IMG/VR virus record: IMGVR_UViG_3300034072_000696
Span: 1 to 53,802 of that record
Reading direction: 5' to 3' (one strand)
Source: a virus
Taxonomy: Duplodnaviria; Caudoviricetes
Length of the DNA: 53,802 nucleotides
The notes beneath the pieces are model-generated. The model was not told the DNA's origin, did no database searches, and saw nothing but the letters and a program-made list of their open reading frames with translations. Below are positions 1 to 9,693 of the stretch, piece by piece; positions within the stretch are counted from its first letter, which is position 1; each line of letters begins with the position of its first letter. Made by a program: the position numbers and the translations under genes.

Positions 1-19
1 CAGCGGGGCAGGGCTGGTC

Positions 20-3013
20 ATGAAGTCCGCCTACTACCTCGGCCTGACGGACACGAGCCGCTGGGGCGACCGTATTTTCGACTCGCTGACGGCATGGAAC
101 ACGGGCCGCGCCAGCGCCTCCCAGTTCGACACCGAGGTCTGCGAGATCGGCATGGCCTGGGACGACATCAAATCGGGTGGCCTGACGCTCAACGTGCCGG
201 CAGCGGAACTCATCGTGACGACGCGCGTCAACGGCGTGCGTTCGGCGGGGTTCCATAACTTCCGCAACGACCAGGGCTACGCTTTTACCGTGCCCGCCTT
301 CGGCGGCAACGCGCTAACTTTCGGCGCGTACCGCACGAAGACCGACGGCTTCGTGGTCCATGTCGTCGGCCACAGCGGCATCCAGGGCATCTACAGCAAC
401 AAGGCCGGTGCCAAAGCGCACAACATGTTCGTCTACAAAGACGTGTATGGCGACGGCGGCAACGGTATTTCGTTCGACTGCCAGTTGGCGGAGGTCGTGA
501 ACTGTGTCACCTCTGGCTTTAGCCGCGGCGTCTACATCTACTCGAACGCCAACGGCAGCTTGATCGCGAACAACATCTCGGCGGGCAATACCTTCGGCTT
601 CGGGTCGAACCTGACGCAGACGCGCGGCTACTACTACAACAACATCAGCATCGGCAACGTCAGCGGTAACTGGCCGGCGCTGACGGGGCAGGAGGGCATG
701 GCGAACAACGCCGGCCTGTCCACGGACACGATTTGGGGCAGCAACTCGGTGGCGCTGACCACCGCCGCCTTCGTTTCCTGGAATGCGGTGGAGCCGTACA
801 AGAGCGACTTCCGCCCGGCTGCGATCTCGTCACCGCAGGTCGACAAGGGTACGGACTACTTCGGGCGTCTGCCGTACGACGCGGGCGAAAACGAGGTGCC
901 GAACTACTACCCCGTCGACCCGGGCAAGATCGACATCGGCCCGTACGAATTTGACCACGGCTACGGCCTGACGCCGCAGTCTCAGCCGGTCCAGGTCTCC
1001 GACATCGTGGACGGTTCGCGCATCAAGATCGCCAAGCAGTCCGATGGCGCCGAGCTGTACAACGCGGTGCTGGCGGGTGCGACCTCGATCAGCTACACCG
1101 AGTCGTTGAGCACCAACACGCCGGTCTACCTGTACGTGCGCAAGGGCTCGACCGCACCGTTCTTCAAGCCGCTGCGCCTGGGCGCGAACATCGACGCCGT
1201 GCAGGGCCTGAGCCAGTCGCTCGCCGGCCTGCAGATCGCGGACATCGCCCGCGCCGCCAGCTACCCGGCTGGAGTGGCGACGGACTGGACGTTCAACGCC
1301 GGCACGGGCGCGATTACGCACGTTTCGGGCAGCGACCGCTACACGGTGCAGAGCCTCTACAGCTACTACCGTGACTACACGGACGACAGCGCGACGGTCG
1401 ATGACACTCTGCTCATGGACGGCACGACGCCGACGGTGTTCAGCCTCATCAACACGGGCAGCATCACCGACGCGCACTTGCAGTACCTCAAGGGCGGCTC
1501 GATTGAATTCCAGGACGGCACGCTCTGGAGCAACGTCTATTCGGTCGGCGCACTGAGCGGCAACCCCGACGTCTACCTCTACCAAGGCGCGACCAAGCTC
1601 ACGTCGTTTTGGGGTAGCGGCCACATCGACATTCTCGTGAAGGCGGCAGCAGCGGGCGTGCCCGTCAGCAGCGGCCTGGTCACCGGGTACGCCCGCAAGT
1701 TCGGCTACACCTACGACCACTACGAGGTGGATATGTCCTCCGGGGGCCGCAACGTCATGCCGCTGGCGAGCCTCCCTGATCCTGCCATCGACGACACCGA
1801 GGCGACGGTGGCCGGCTGGAACGACATCGGCGTCAGCTTCGGCTCGTACGCGCTCGATTTCAGCGACGGCGCCGGCGCGCAGACGTATCACGCCCGCATC
1901 GACTGCAACGGTCGCCCGCTGGCCCAGGTGTACCAGCGCATGCAGTACCTGACCCGCGGCGGTTCCAGCGTGTCGCTGAACGGTGTGCCGGGCGAGCGAT
2001 ACCAGGCAGCGCACCCCAGCTTCGCCCCGATCAAGACCGCGCCGTTCGGTGTGTACTCGGGCGGCGTCTGGTCGCTGGCCCCGGGCGTGTGGCTGGATAA
2101 TGTCGCTTCGGGCGACCTCTACAACTTCGTCCTCACGGACGCCGCGGGTGGCGCGCACCAGAACGTCGCGGCCCTGTTCCAGTCGGTCAGCATCGCGGGC
2201 GTGCTCCCTGGCTCGCGGGTCCAGATTTACGACACCAGCAACGACCTGGAGCTGTTCAACGACATCGCGGCCACTAGCACGGTGAGCTGGCAGGACAGCG
2301 TGGCGCCGGTGGGCGACCGCGCGATCCGCCTCCGCGTGGCGTATGTGGATGGCGCGGATGCGCGCAACTTCATCGAAGCCAGCATCGGCACCTGTGGCAC
2401 TGCAGCAGGCAACAAGGACGTGACCTATCTGGTGAGCCAGACGACGGACGCGGTCTACAACGCCAACGCCATCGACGGCAGCACGGTCACGGGTGTGACG
2501 TTCACGGACGCGACCGTGGACACGATGAACATCAACATCAACGCGGGCACGGTGAATCTCGGCCAGCTCTATGCGGCCTGGGTCTGGTACGCGTTCAGCG
2601 CGGCCGGCATCGCGACGGACATCGACTACATCCGCGCCATCGACCAGGCCAACTACGTCTACTCGAATCTGCGCTGGAAGAACACCACCAGCCCGGCTAC
2701 GCCGCTCAAGATCACGGGCGGGTACGCCTGGGACTCGGTTACGGAAGACCCGACGGACCTCGTGGATGTCACTGGCGGCACGGTGTTCCTGACCCCGCCG
2801 CACGTCGTCGCGAAGACGATCACGGTGACGGGCGGGAACGTCATCACGGGGGACGTAGGCGATCTGCCGACGGCCTCGCAAGTGGCGGCGGCGGTCCTGG
2901 CTGCGGCGGCGACGGACCCGATCCACGCAGACACCAAGCGCATGAACGGCGCAGCGGTGTTCGGGGACGGTAGCGAAGGCGACCGCTGGCGGGGCGCGGG
3001 TGTTTCACCCTAG
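20..3013 (+). CDS. Large virion-associated protein with N-terminal parallel beta-helix-like repeats (spike/decoration?); may extend upstream of the window
   Basis: 997 aa, G/S/T/N-rich, NNISxGN-type repeats, DIGPYE motif; frame is open back to the window edge. Confidence 0.6.
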   Translation: MKSAYYLGLTDTSRWGDRIFDSLTAWNTGRASASQFDTEVCEIGMAWDDIKSGGLTLNVPAAELIVTTRVNGVRSAGFHNFRNDQGYAFTVPAFGGNALTFGAYRTKTDGFVVHVVGHSGIQGIYSNKAGAKAHNMFVYKDVYGDGGNGISFDCQLAEVVNCVTSGFSRGVYIYSNANGSLIANNISAGNTFGFGSNLTQTRGYYYNNISIGNVSGNWPALTGQEGMANNAGLSTDTIWGSNSVALTTAAFVSWNAVEPYKSDFRPAAISSPQVDKGTDYFGRLPYDAGENEVPNYYPVDPGKIDIGPYEFDHGYGLTPQSQPVQVSDIVDGSRIKIAKQSDGAELYNAVLAGATSISYTESLSTNTPVYLYVRKGSTAPFFKPLRLGANIDAVQGLSQSLAGLQIADIARAASYPAGVATDWTFNAGTGAITHVSGSDRYTVQSLYSYYRDYTDDSATVDDTLLMDGTTPTVFSLINTGSITDAHLQYLKGGSIEFQDGTLWSNVYSVGALSGNPDVYLYQGATKLTSFWGSGHIDILVKAAAAGVPVSSGLVTGYARKFGYTYDHYEVDMSSGGRNVMPLASLPDPAIDDTEATVAGWNDIGVSFGSYALDFSDGAGAQTYHARIDCNGRPLAQVYQRMQYLTRGGSSVSLNGVPGERYQAAHPSFAPIKTAPFGVYSGGVWSLAPGVWLDNVASGDLYNFVLTDAAGGAHQNVAALFQSVSIAGVLPGSRVQIYDTSNDLELFNDIAATSTVSWQDSVAPVGDRAIRLRVAYVDGADARNFIEASIGTCGTAAGNKDVTYLVSQTTDAVYNANAIDGSTVTGVTFTDATVDTMNININAGTVNLGQLYAAWVWYAFSAAGIATDIDYIRAIDQANYVYSNLRWKNTTSPATPLKITGGYAWDSVTEDPTDLVDVTGGTVFLTPPHVVAKTITVTGGNVITGDVGDLPTASQVAAAVLAAAATDPIHADTKRMNGAAVFGDGSEGDRWRGAGVSP

Positions 3014-3545
3014 TTCGTTCCACAGCTCCAGCTTCCACCCGTCGTCATGGCGGGGTGTGGAAGGTGAGGTCCGGCCTGTTGTCCAGCCGCTCAACGGCGG
3101 CGTTCGGTTTACCCCGATCCGTGACGCCGAGCCGAGGCTGCGGATTAACGCGCGCGTCGCGCACACCGCGGGGGGCCGGCTACCGGCATCGGCGGGGGCG
3201 ACGGCTACTGTCTTCGCGGCAGGGTATGTGCGCGTTGTCAGCGGGGCCGCTGTGTGCGCCGGCGGCGCCCGACCGGCATTCAAGACGAAGCCGACGGCGA
3301 GCCGTGTATGTTGCATCGCACCAACGGCGAATGCCCGAGCTGTTTCCCGCCTCGCCGCGGCGACGAAAATGCTCCGCCAGGATGTCCGGCCAGCAGGGTA
3401 CGCGTGCCCGACGTTCCGCACGTACGACACATATTCGGCGTCAGCAGTAGCGCGCCCGCGCGGCGTTTTGAACCCCAGCGACGAAGAATTGTTGGCCCTT
3501 GTATACGCAGCGCGAAAAAAGCGCTTGACACACGCTTACAGGTAA
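3000..3545 (+). CDS. Hypothetical protein (GTG start)
   Basis: Overlaps end of upstream gene; N-terminal FHxSSFHxSSFH repeat and C-terminal DEELLAL typical of small phage structural-region ORFs. Confidence 0.5.
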   Translation: MFHPSSFHSSSFHPSSWRGVEGEVRPVVQPLNGGVRFTPIRDAEPRLRINARVAHTAGGRLPASAGATATVFAAGYVRVVSGAAVCAGGARPAFKTKPTASRVCCIAPTANARAVSRLAAATKMLRQDVRPAGYACPTFRTYDTYSASAVARPRGVLNPSDEELLALVYAARKKRLTHAYR

Positions 3546-3554
3546 GCATATAAG
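3525..3554 (+). promoter_or_regulatory. Sigma70-like promoter with palindromic operator between -35 and -10
   Basis: TTGACA 3525-3530, GCTTACAGGTAAGC 3534-3547, TATAAG 3549-3554. Confidence 0.75.
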
Positions 3555-3560
3555 ACACCT

Positions 3561-3800
3561 ATGAACGATATTGCGGTGCAACAAGCGCTACTGCTGATTA
3601 AGACGGCCCCGGAGCTTCAAGGCTTCCGTGACTGGCTTGTCGCGCAGCAGCTCTTGCTTGGCGACCGTCTCGTTTCCGCCGAGTCCGAAGTGGAGCTTCG
3701 CAACGCCCAAGGGGCCGCGCGCTTCCTCCGTGACTTGACGAAAAAGATCGAGGTTTCGGGCGACGTCCTAGCCCGAATCCGAGGTGAGGGTGCGCGATGA
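3561..3800 (+). CDS. Small head-module protein (Bbp19-like position)
   Basis: 79 aa helical ORF with RNAQG motif upstream of the scaffold gene. Confidence 0.6.
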   Translation: MNDIAVQQALLLIKTAPELQGFRDWLVAQQLLLGDRLVSAESEVELRNAQGAARFLRDLTKKIEVSGDVLARIRGEGAR

Positions 3801-3812
3801 GCGCACGTTTGC

Positions 3813-3935
3813 GTAGACCGTATCAACCCAGCGGGCTCGAAGGCTCCGAAGGGGTAGTCGGCACTTCCGTGCGTAGCACGGCTGTAGACCGTAACCCTGA
3901 CGAACACCGGACGGCAATGGGTATGTAGTCGGCAC
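3813..3935 (+). repeat. Tandem 71-nt-period repeat in scaffold gene leader (possible structured RNA)
   Basis: GTAGACCGTA at 3813 and 3884; GTAGTCGGCAC at 3854 and 3925; hairpin CCGTGC-GTA-GCACGG 3867-3881 between units. Confidence 0.7.
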
Positions 3936-3947
3936 GAGGAGAAAACG

Positions 3948-4916
3948 ATGGCACTACCGAAGGCAATCCAAGCAGAAGTTGATCGCGCTACCGCGATCGA
4001 ACAGCAACTCGCGCAACCGGCAGCTCCGGCCGTGGATACGTCCGCGCCCGCCGCGAATACTGAACCGGAAACGCCCGCTGACGTCCCCGTGGAGCAGCCT
4101 GCGGCAGTCGTACATCAACCGGACGAGACCCCGGCCCAACCCGAAGCGGAAGACATCTACCGCCGTCGCTATGAGGCCCTGCAAGGCAAGTTCAACGCCG
4201 AGGTTCCCCGCCTGACCCGTCAGGTCCAGGAATCGGAGCGTGTGATCGCGCAAATGCAGGCAGACCTCCAGGCGCTGCGCGAGAAGGTGAAAACCGAACC
4301 GGAGCAGCCGCAGCAATCGTCTCAGAAGGACGTTGAGGAGTTCGGCGCAGATTTGGTCGCAATGGTGAACCGCATCGCAGCGGAAGCCGCAACCAATGCC
4401 GCGCGTCGTTTGGAAGCCAAGTTCCGGGAGGAGCTGGCGAAGGTCGGCAGCCATGTCGGCGATGTGTCTCAGCAGGTTGTGGAATCGAAGACCAACGAGT
4501 TTTGGGGTGCAGTCCTGCACTTCGTACCCGATTGGGACGCGATCAACACCAACCCTGCATGGGTTGCATGGCTCGATACGCGCGCGCCGGGCTCGCTGCA
4601 CACCTACCGCGCCCTGGCCGAAGAAGCGGTCGCGCAGTTCAACCCCGAGCCGGTCGTCGAGTTGGCGAAGCTGTGGAAGTCGCAGCAAGCCCCCGAGAAG
4701 CCGGCAGGCAAGAAGCCTGATCTCCAAAAACAAGTATCACCCCCCGCAGCCCGCGCAAGCGGTCCTGCCCCCGACACCGCCCCGGTCTTCACGATGAAGG
4801 ATGTGGAGCAAATGGGTGACCCCCGCTTCATTGCTCGCATGAGCGAAGCGGAGTACGCCCAGCGTTCTGCAGCCATCGACCAGGCGCTTGTCGAAGGCCG
4901 GATTCGCATGAGCTAA
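3948..4916 (+). CDS. Capsid scaffolding protein
   Basis: P/E/Q/A-rich, coiled-coil, C-terminal EGRI motif, GAGGAG RBS, directly upstream of MCP. Confidence 0.8.
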   Translation: MALPKAIQAEVDRATAIEQQLAQPAAPAVDTSAPAANTEPETPADVPVEQPAAVVHQPDETPAQPEAEDIYRRRYEALQGKFNAEVPRLTRQVQESERVIAQMQADLQALREKVKTEPEQPQQSSQKDVEEFGADLVAMVNRIAAEAATNAARRLEAKFREELAKVGSHVGDVSQQVVESKTNEFWGAVLHFVPDWDAINTNPAWVAWLDTRAPGSLHTYRALAEEAVAQFNPEPVVELAKLWKSQQAPEKPAGKKPDLQKQVSPPAARASGPAPDTAPVFTMKDVEQMGDPRFIARMSEAEYAQRSAAIDQALVEGRIRMS

Positions 4917-4930
4917 AGCGGTTAATTCGT

Positions 4931-4944
4931 GCTTACACGTAACC
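4931..4944. promoter_or_regulatory. Palindromic operator copy upstream of MCP RBS
   Basis: GCTTACACGTAACC next to AGGAG. Confidence 0.7.
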
Positions 4945-4960
4945 ATTAGGAGAAATTCTC

Positions 4961-5938
4961 ATGCCGTATCCCACTACTGGTGATTTCGTCACCAACCCGA
5001 CTTACTCGGGCTCGTTTATCCCGACCCTGTGGTCGAGCAAGCTGAACGCCAAGTTCTACAAGGCGACCGTGTTCGGCGAAATCGCCAACACCGACTGGGA
5101 AGGCGAGATCAAGAACATGGGTGACAAGGTCACCATCAACAATGTTCCTGATCTCACCATCAGCAACTACACCGTCGGCGGCACCCTGAGCTATCAGGTT
5201 CCGACCCCGAGCACCATCACCCTGAACATCGACAAGGGCAAGTCCTTTGCGTTCAAGGTGTCCGATGTTCTGGCCTACCAGTCGGACATCAAGCTGATCG
5301 ACACGTTCTCGGACGATGCCGCCAGCAAGATGAAGGTCGCCATCGACAGCACCGTGGTCTACAACACCTTCTCGAAGGCCGCCGCCGCTAACAAGGGCGC
5401 GACCGCGGGTGTGAACTCCGGTGGCATCGACCTCGGCACCGACGCCGCCCCGGTCACCCTGACCGCCAGCAACGTCCTGGACGTGATCCTGCGCCTGGCC
5501 GCCGTGCTGGACGAGCAGAACGCCCCGGAAAGCGATCGTTGGCTGCTGCTGGACCCGCTGACCCGCCAACTGCTCATGCAGTCGAACCTGGCTCAAGCCC
5601 AGTACACCGGCGACGCCAGCTCCCCGGTTCGCAACGGCAAGATCGGCGGTATCGACCGCTTCACCGTCTACGTGACCAACAACCTGCCGCGCGCCGCCGC
5701 CGCATTCGATTTCAAGTCGGGTGATGGCTCCGAAGGTGGCGTGACCGCAGTGGCAGGCGCTCCGGCCCGCCGCGTGCTGGTCGCAGGTCACAAGTCGGCG
5801 ATCACCTTCGCCAGCCAGATGACCAAGATGGAGACCCTGCCGAACCAGAACGACTTCGGTTCGCTGGTTCGTGGTCTGAACGTCTACGGCTACGAAGTTG
5901 TGAAGCCCGACACCCTGACCTTCGCGGTCGTCAAGTAA
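4961..5938 (+). CDS. Major capsid protein (HK97 fold, P22-coat-like family)
   Basis: FIPTLWS, EGEIKNMGDKVTI, GLNVYGYEVVKP motifs; strong RBS; biased codon usage. Confidence 0.92.
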   Translation: MPYPTTGDFVTNPTYSGSFIPTLWSSKLNAKFYKATVFGEIANTDWEGEIKNMGDKVTINNVPDLTISNYTVGGTLSYQVPTPSTITLNIDKGKSFAFKVSDVLAYQSDIKLIDTFSDDAASKMKVAIDSTVVYNTFSKAAAANKGATAGVNSGGIDLGTDAAPVTLTASNVLDVILRLAAVLDEQNAPESDRWLLLDPLTRQLLMQSNLAQAQYTGDASSPVRNGKIGGIDRFTVYVTNNLPRAAAAFDFKSGDGSEGGVTAVAGAPARRVLVAGHKSAITFASQMTKMETLPNQNDFGSLVRGLNVYGYEVVKPDTLTFAVVK

Positions 5939-5952
5939 GTCGCTAGTGCAAC

Positions 5953-5979
5953 AACCCACACCCTCACGGGTGTGGGTTT
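5953..5979 (+). terminator. Hairpin / likely intrinsic terminator after MCP
   Basis: AACCCACACCC-TCAC-GGGTGTGGGTT followed by TCCTT. Confidence 0.7.
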
Positions 5980-5995
5980 CCTTACGGAGAACAAT

Positions 5996-6265
5996 ATGTC
6001 CCACACCATCGAATCCCTGGCCGCCATCCCTGGCGTTCAACTGGTCGCCGGCTCGTTTATCGCCCGCATCAACCACGCGAACACCGAGATCGCGACCGTC
6101 GGCAAGCATGACGGCATCCTGTCGTTGACCGAGGCCGGCATCGAGTTCCTCAAGACCCTGGAAGCCCCCGCCGCGAAGGCCGCAGCGCCGACCAAGGGTA
6201 AGGCTGCCAAGGCTGACGCCGCTCCGGTTGTCGGCGACGCTGAAAAGTCTCTGGACCTGGACTAA
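5996..6265 (+). CDS. Small hypothetical head-associated protein
   Basis: GGAG RBS, ATG 5996, A/K-rich C-terminus. Confidence 0.7.
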   Translation: MSHTIESLAAIPGVQLVAGSFIARINHANTEIATVGKHDGILSLTEAGIEFLKTLEAPAAKAAAPTKGKAAKADAAPVVGDAEKSLDLD

Positions 6266-6271
6266 ACGCCC

Positions 6272-6601
6272 ATGCCGTACACGATGCAGGATGTCATCGA
6301 CAAGGGCCGCTATCCGCTTAACGATCCGACCAAGGTTCGTTACCCGGATGCGGCGCTGCTCGGCTTCGGCAACGACGCCATCCTGCTCACGCGCAAGAAG
6401 CGCCCCGATTTGTTCCTCGGGGCGTGGTCGGCTCTGCCGGGCAATCTTGCGTTCGGGGATACGTTCCCGCTCCCCGACGAGTACGTACCGCTCGTCGCGG
6501 ACTACATTTCTGGCCGCGCCGAGCTGATCGACGACGAACACGCGAACTCCGGCCGTGCCGAGAAGCTCGTGATGACCTTCTATGAGGGCCTTCTGACGTG
6601 A
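6272..6601 (+). CDS. Putative head-tail adaptor-related protein (DUF6682-like)
   Basis: LND..VRYPDA.LL, RPDLF motifs; position after MCP. Confidence 0.55.
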   Translation: MPYTMQDVIDKGRYPLNDPTKVRYPDAALLGFGNDAILLTRKKRPDLFLGAWSALPGNLAFGDTFPLPDEYVPLVADYISGRAELIDDEHANSGRAEKLVMTFYEGLLT

Positions 6602-7239
6602 GTACCGCCGCTTGGGAGACCCTGTTCGACGACGTGCTGCCGGAAGTCAGCGCGTGCGCGCAGAACGTGGCTGCAGCGGCGATCCGCCGGGCCACGATCG
6701 AGTTTTGCCGCGACACCCTGGTCTATAGCGCGATCCTCGCGCCGATCAACGTCGTCGCGGGCCAGCGCCGCTACATCCTGACGCCCCCGTCAGCCGACGT
6801 GGCGGTAGGCATGATCTTGAATCTGTCGCTCGGTGGGGCTACGTGCCACCCGGTCGCGCCGGATGAACTCGCGGCGAACAACCCGTCCTGGATGCGTGAG
6901 ACGGGCTCGCCGCGCGGCTTCATGGAGCCGGAACCGGGCACCGTTGAGTTTTTCCCCATCCCGGACACGAACACCACTGCAGGACTGCAGGCGCACGTGG
7001 CGCTGATCCCGAGCCAAACCGCGCTCGGCGCTCCTGCGTGGCTGTTTGAGAAGCACGGGTTCGAGATCGCCGAGGGCGCCAAGCACTACTTGATGCTGAC
7101 CCCGGGCCGCCCGTACTCCAACCCGACCCTGGCCGATTTTTACGGGCGCCGTTTCGCCAGCGCCAAGACCGACGCCAAGAACGCTGCCAATCGTGGCGGC
7201 GCCCGCGCCGGTATGCGCATCCAGCTACGAAAGAGTTAA
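6598..7239 (+). CDS. Putative podoviral adaptor / tail tubular protein A-like
   Basis: GTGA overlap; ATIEFC, FFPIPD, PGRPYSNP motifs. Confidence 0.65.
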   Translation: MSTAAWETLFDDVLPEVSACAQNVAAAAIRRATIEFCRDTLVYSAILAPINVVAGQRRYILTPPSADVAVGMILNLSLGGATCHPVAPDELAANNPSWMRETGSPRGFMEPEPGTVEFFPIPDTNTTAGLQAHVALIPSQTALGAPAWLFEKHGFEIAEGAKHYLMLTPGRPYSNPTLADFYGRRFASAKTDAKNAANRGGARAGMRIQLRKS

Positions 7240-7242
7240 GCC

Positions 7243-8442
7243 ATGCCGAACCTACTCCTATCTGACTACGCGGTCACTACGCTGGCGTCCTCGTTCGACG
7301 CCGACGCGGGTACGTTCACGGTTGCGCCGGGCACCGGGGCGCTGTTCCCGACGCCCATCGGCGGCACGGGCACGTACATGATCCTGACGCTGGAGGACGA
7401 AGCCGGGAACACCGAAAAGATTAAGGTCTCGCACCGGGCGGGGGATGTGTTCGGCTCGAACACGTACCCGATTCAGCGGGGCTACGGCGGCACGTCCGCC
7501 CGCGCGTGGACTGGCGGGGACTCGCTCTCGCTGCGCTGGAACAAGACGACCGCGGAAGAAATGGCGGCGGAGGCAGCGGAGGGCGCGTTCGCGGCGCACG
7601 TTGTTGAGCCTGACCCGCACCCGCAGTACCTGCAGCTTGACGACGTGGCGGGTCTGTTCGTCGAGCGTTCTTCGGTCACGCCGTATATGCAGGCTGTGTT
7701 CGGGTCTGCGGACGCCGCGACGGTGCGCGGGGCAATCGGCGCGATGAGCGCGAGCGTCGTGCTCGGTAACTACCGCGGCGTGGCGTATTACGAAGATACG
7801 GCCACGCTCTCGCTGACGCACGCGGGGAAGCTGCTCCTCGCTGGCTCCACAGCCAGCACTAATTGGGCGATAAGCCTCCCGACCCCGACCGCGGATGACA
7901 TTGGTAAGCGATTCATGCTGCTGAACACCAGCGGTAAGCCCCTGGTGATTTCTCCGCCGGCGGCAGTCGCACCGGATGAGGCCGTGCTTATGGTCGACAA
8001 CGCCAATGTCGCGACCTTCACTCTACCCGCCACGGACACTATGGAATTCACTGTGGTCGGCTATGGCGCGATCAGCGGGGGCGGCAACAAGACGACGTGG
8101 GTCGGCCTGCACGTTCACAAGAAGACCCCCGTAACGGTGAACACGTTCAATGGGCGCACGGGTGCGGTTGCGCTGACGTCGGCGGATGTCACCAGCGCCC
8201 TTGGGTACACCCCGGCGAATACCTCACACACGCACAGTTACGTCGCGACCGATAGTAGTTCCGGGCGGGTTGGCAGTTACGGGACCGCTACCGGGTCACC
8301 TACGAGCGCGAACGCCACTATCTCGGGGGTGGGGAGCTGGGCTCCGCTTGGGGGTGGAACTTGGCGCCGCGCGTACGGCGTGGGTTGGGACCGCGGACCC
8401 GATGGGGACTCTTACACGTACCTGTTCCAACGCATCGCCTAA
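7243..8442 (+). CDS. Tail fibre protein
   Basis: DPHPQY and FNGRTGAV fibre motifs; G/T/S-rich C-terminus; followed by chaperone-like gene. Confidence 0.75.
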   Translation: MPNLLLSDYAVTTLASSFDADAGTFTVAPGTGALFPTPIGGTGTYMILTLEDEAGNTEKIKVSHRAGDVFGSNTYPIQRGYGGTSARAWTGGDSLSLRWNKTTAEEMAAEAAEGAFAAHVVEPDPHPQYLQLDDVAGLFVERSSVTPYMQAVFGSADAATVRGAIGAMSASVVLGNYRGVAYYEDTATLSLTHAGKLLLAGSTASTNWAISLPTPTADDIGKRFMLLNTSGKPLVISPPAAVAPDEAVLMVDNANVATFTLPATDTMEFTVVGYGAISGGGNKTTWVGLHVHKKTPVTVNTFNGRTGAVALTSADVTSALGYTPANTSHTHSYVATDSSSGRVGSYGTATGSPTSANATISGVGSWAPLGGGTWRRAYGVGWDRGPDGDSYTYLFQRIA

Positions 8443-8451
8443 AGGAGCGAC

Positions 8452-8889
8452 ATGATGGAAGCACGCAACCCGGCTTGGGCGAACGCAGAACACACGGTGA
8501 TTAATCTTGAATGGAACCACCCTGAGTACGGTTGGATTCCCTTTTCGGCGCTACCGGACGACGCCGAGGAGCACGGCCGCGCACTATTTCTGCTCGCAAC
8601 GGCGGAGGAGTTCGGACCTGTCGCTGAATACGTCGCGCCACCGGAGCCAGTGCCCAGCCGCTGCACCCGTCGCCAAGGTCGCCTTGCGCTGCTAAACGCG
8701 GGCTACCTGGAGATGGTGGAAGCGTCCATTGCGGCCATCGTCGACCCGGTGGAGCGCACGAAGGCACAGATTGAGTACGAGGCCGATACGTGGGAGCGGG
8801 CCAACCTGTTCCTGCAGGCTATGTGGGCGCAGCTCGGCGGTACGCCCGAGGGCCTGGACGACCTTTTCCGCTACGCGGTTACGCAATAA
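8452..8889 (+). CDS. Tail fibre assembly chaperone-like protein
   Basis: ARNPxW..HPEYGWIPF..D.E.HGR and TRRQGRLAL..LDDLF motifs; AAGGAG RBS. Confidence 0.7.
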   Translation: MMEARNPAWANAEHTVINLEWNHPEYGWIPFSALPDDAEEHGRALFLLATAEEFGPVAEYVAPPEPVPSRCTRRQGRLALLNAGYLEMVEASIAAIVDPVERTKAQIEYEADTWERANLFLQAMWAQLGGTPEGLDDLFRYAVTQ

Positions 8890-8902
8890 CTCAGGAGCGC
8901 GC

Positions 8903-9145
8903 ATGGTTATGACTACAACTGAAACCGCGGCGGAACGCGCGTCGGCGACCGCAACGTATCTCGCCAGTGGAGGGGCTGTGCTGTTCGGATTGACCGCGAA
9001 TGAATTGGCCGCGTATGTCGGTATCTTTGTGGCTGTGCTCACCTACGGGACGAACCTGTGGTTCAAGCACCAGCACCTGAAAATGGTCCGTGAAGCACTG
9101 CGCAAAGCGCCCGAGAAGGCCGTATGCGAGGTTGACACGCTGTGA
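8903..9145 (+). CDS. Holin
   Basis: 80 aa, hydrophobic segments, NLWFK plus basic C-terminus, AGGAG RBS, precedes lysozyme. Confidence 0.75.
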   Translation: MVMTTTETAAERASATATYLASGGAVLFGLTANELAAYVGIFVAVLTYGTNLWFKHQHLKMVREALRKAPEKAVCEVDTL

Positions 9146-9693
9146 TCCAGGTCCGAGTACCCCCGAAGCTGCTGCAGGTCAGCGGTGCGCTCCTGGTGGC
9201 CCTTGCGGTCTCCGAGGGGTTCGTGGGTGTCGCAGAGCCGCCCATCCCTGGCGATGTGCCGACTTTCGGGTATGGCGCGACCACGCACGCTGACGGCTCT
9301 CCCGTCCGCCGCGGGGAGCGCATCGACCCGGTCCAAGCGCTCGGGCTCCTACTGGAAGACGCGAACGCTCACGCTGCTGCTGTGGTGCGCTGCGCCGGTG
9401 CGCCGCTGTACCAGCACGAGTTCGATGCGTACACGCAGCTCGCGTACAACATCGGCGAGGCGGGCTTCTGCCGCTCGTCGATCCCGAAGAAGCTGGCCGC
9501 CGGAGACTACGTGGCGGCTTGCGCGACGATCCTCGACTACGTGTGCGGTCCGGCCAAGGAGCACGAACGGGTGACGACGCCGGGCGAACGCTGCTATCGC
9601 GCCCCGCACCAAGCACCCAAGAAAGTGATCCCGGGTCTTGAAAACCGACGGAGCAAAGAGTTCCGGCAGTGCATGGGGGTGCAGCATGGGTAA
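9142..9693 (+). CDS. SAR-type endolysin (GH24 lysozyme)
   Basis: N-terminal hydrophobic anchor, EG..GDVPTFGYG, YNIG, GLENRR.KE motifs. Confidence 0.9.
   Translation: MIQVRVPPKLLQVSGALLVALAVSEGFVGVAEPPIPGDVPTFGYGATTHADGSPVRRGERIDPVQALGLLLEDANAHAAAVVRCAGAPLYQHEFDAYTQLAYNIGEAGFCRSSIPKKLAAGDYVAACATILDYVCGPAKEHERVTTPGERCYRAPHQAPKKVIPGLENRRSKEFRQCMGVQHG

Noticed and set aside
3534-3547. Palindrome as the E. coli-type LexA SOS box
   Set aside because: Does not match CTGT-N8-ACAG; a host regulator with another box is not excluded
3897-3945. CTGACGA...GAAA resembling a hammerhead ribozyme core
   Set aside because: No closing stem II pair or stems I/III in the required geometry; the GAAA is part of the RBS spacer
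7243-8889. Diversity-generating retroelement as in BPP-1-like podoviruses
   Set aside because: No reverse transcriptase and no TR/VR repeat pair seen
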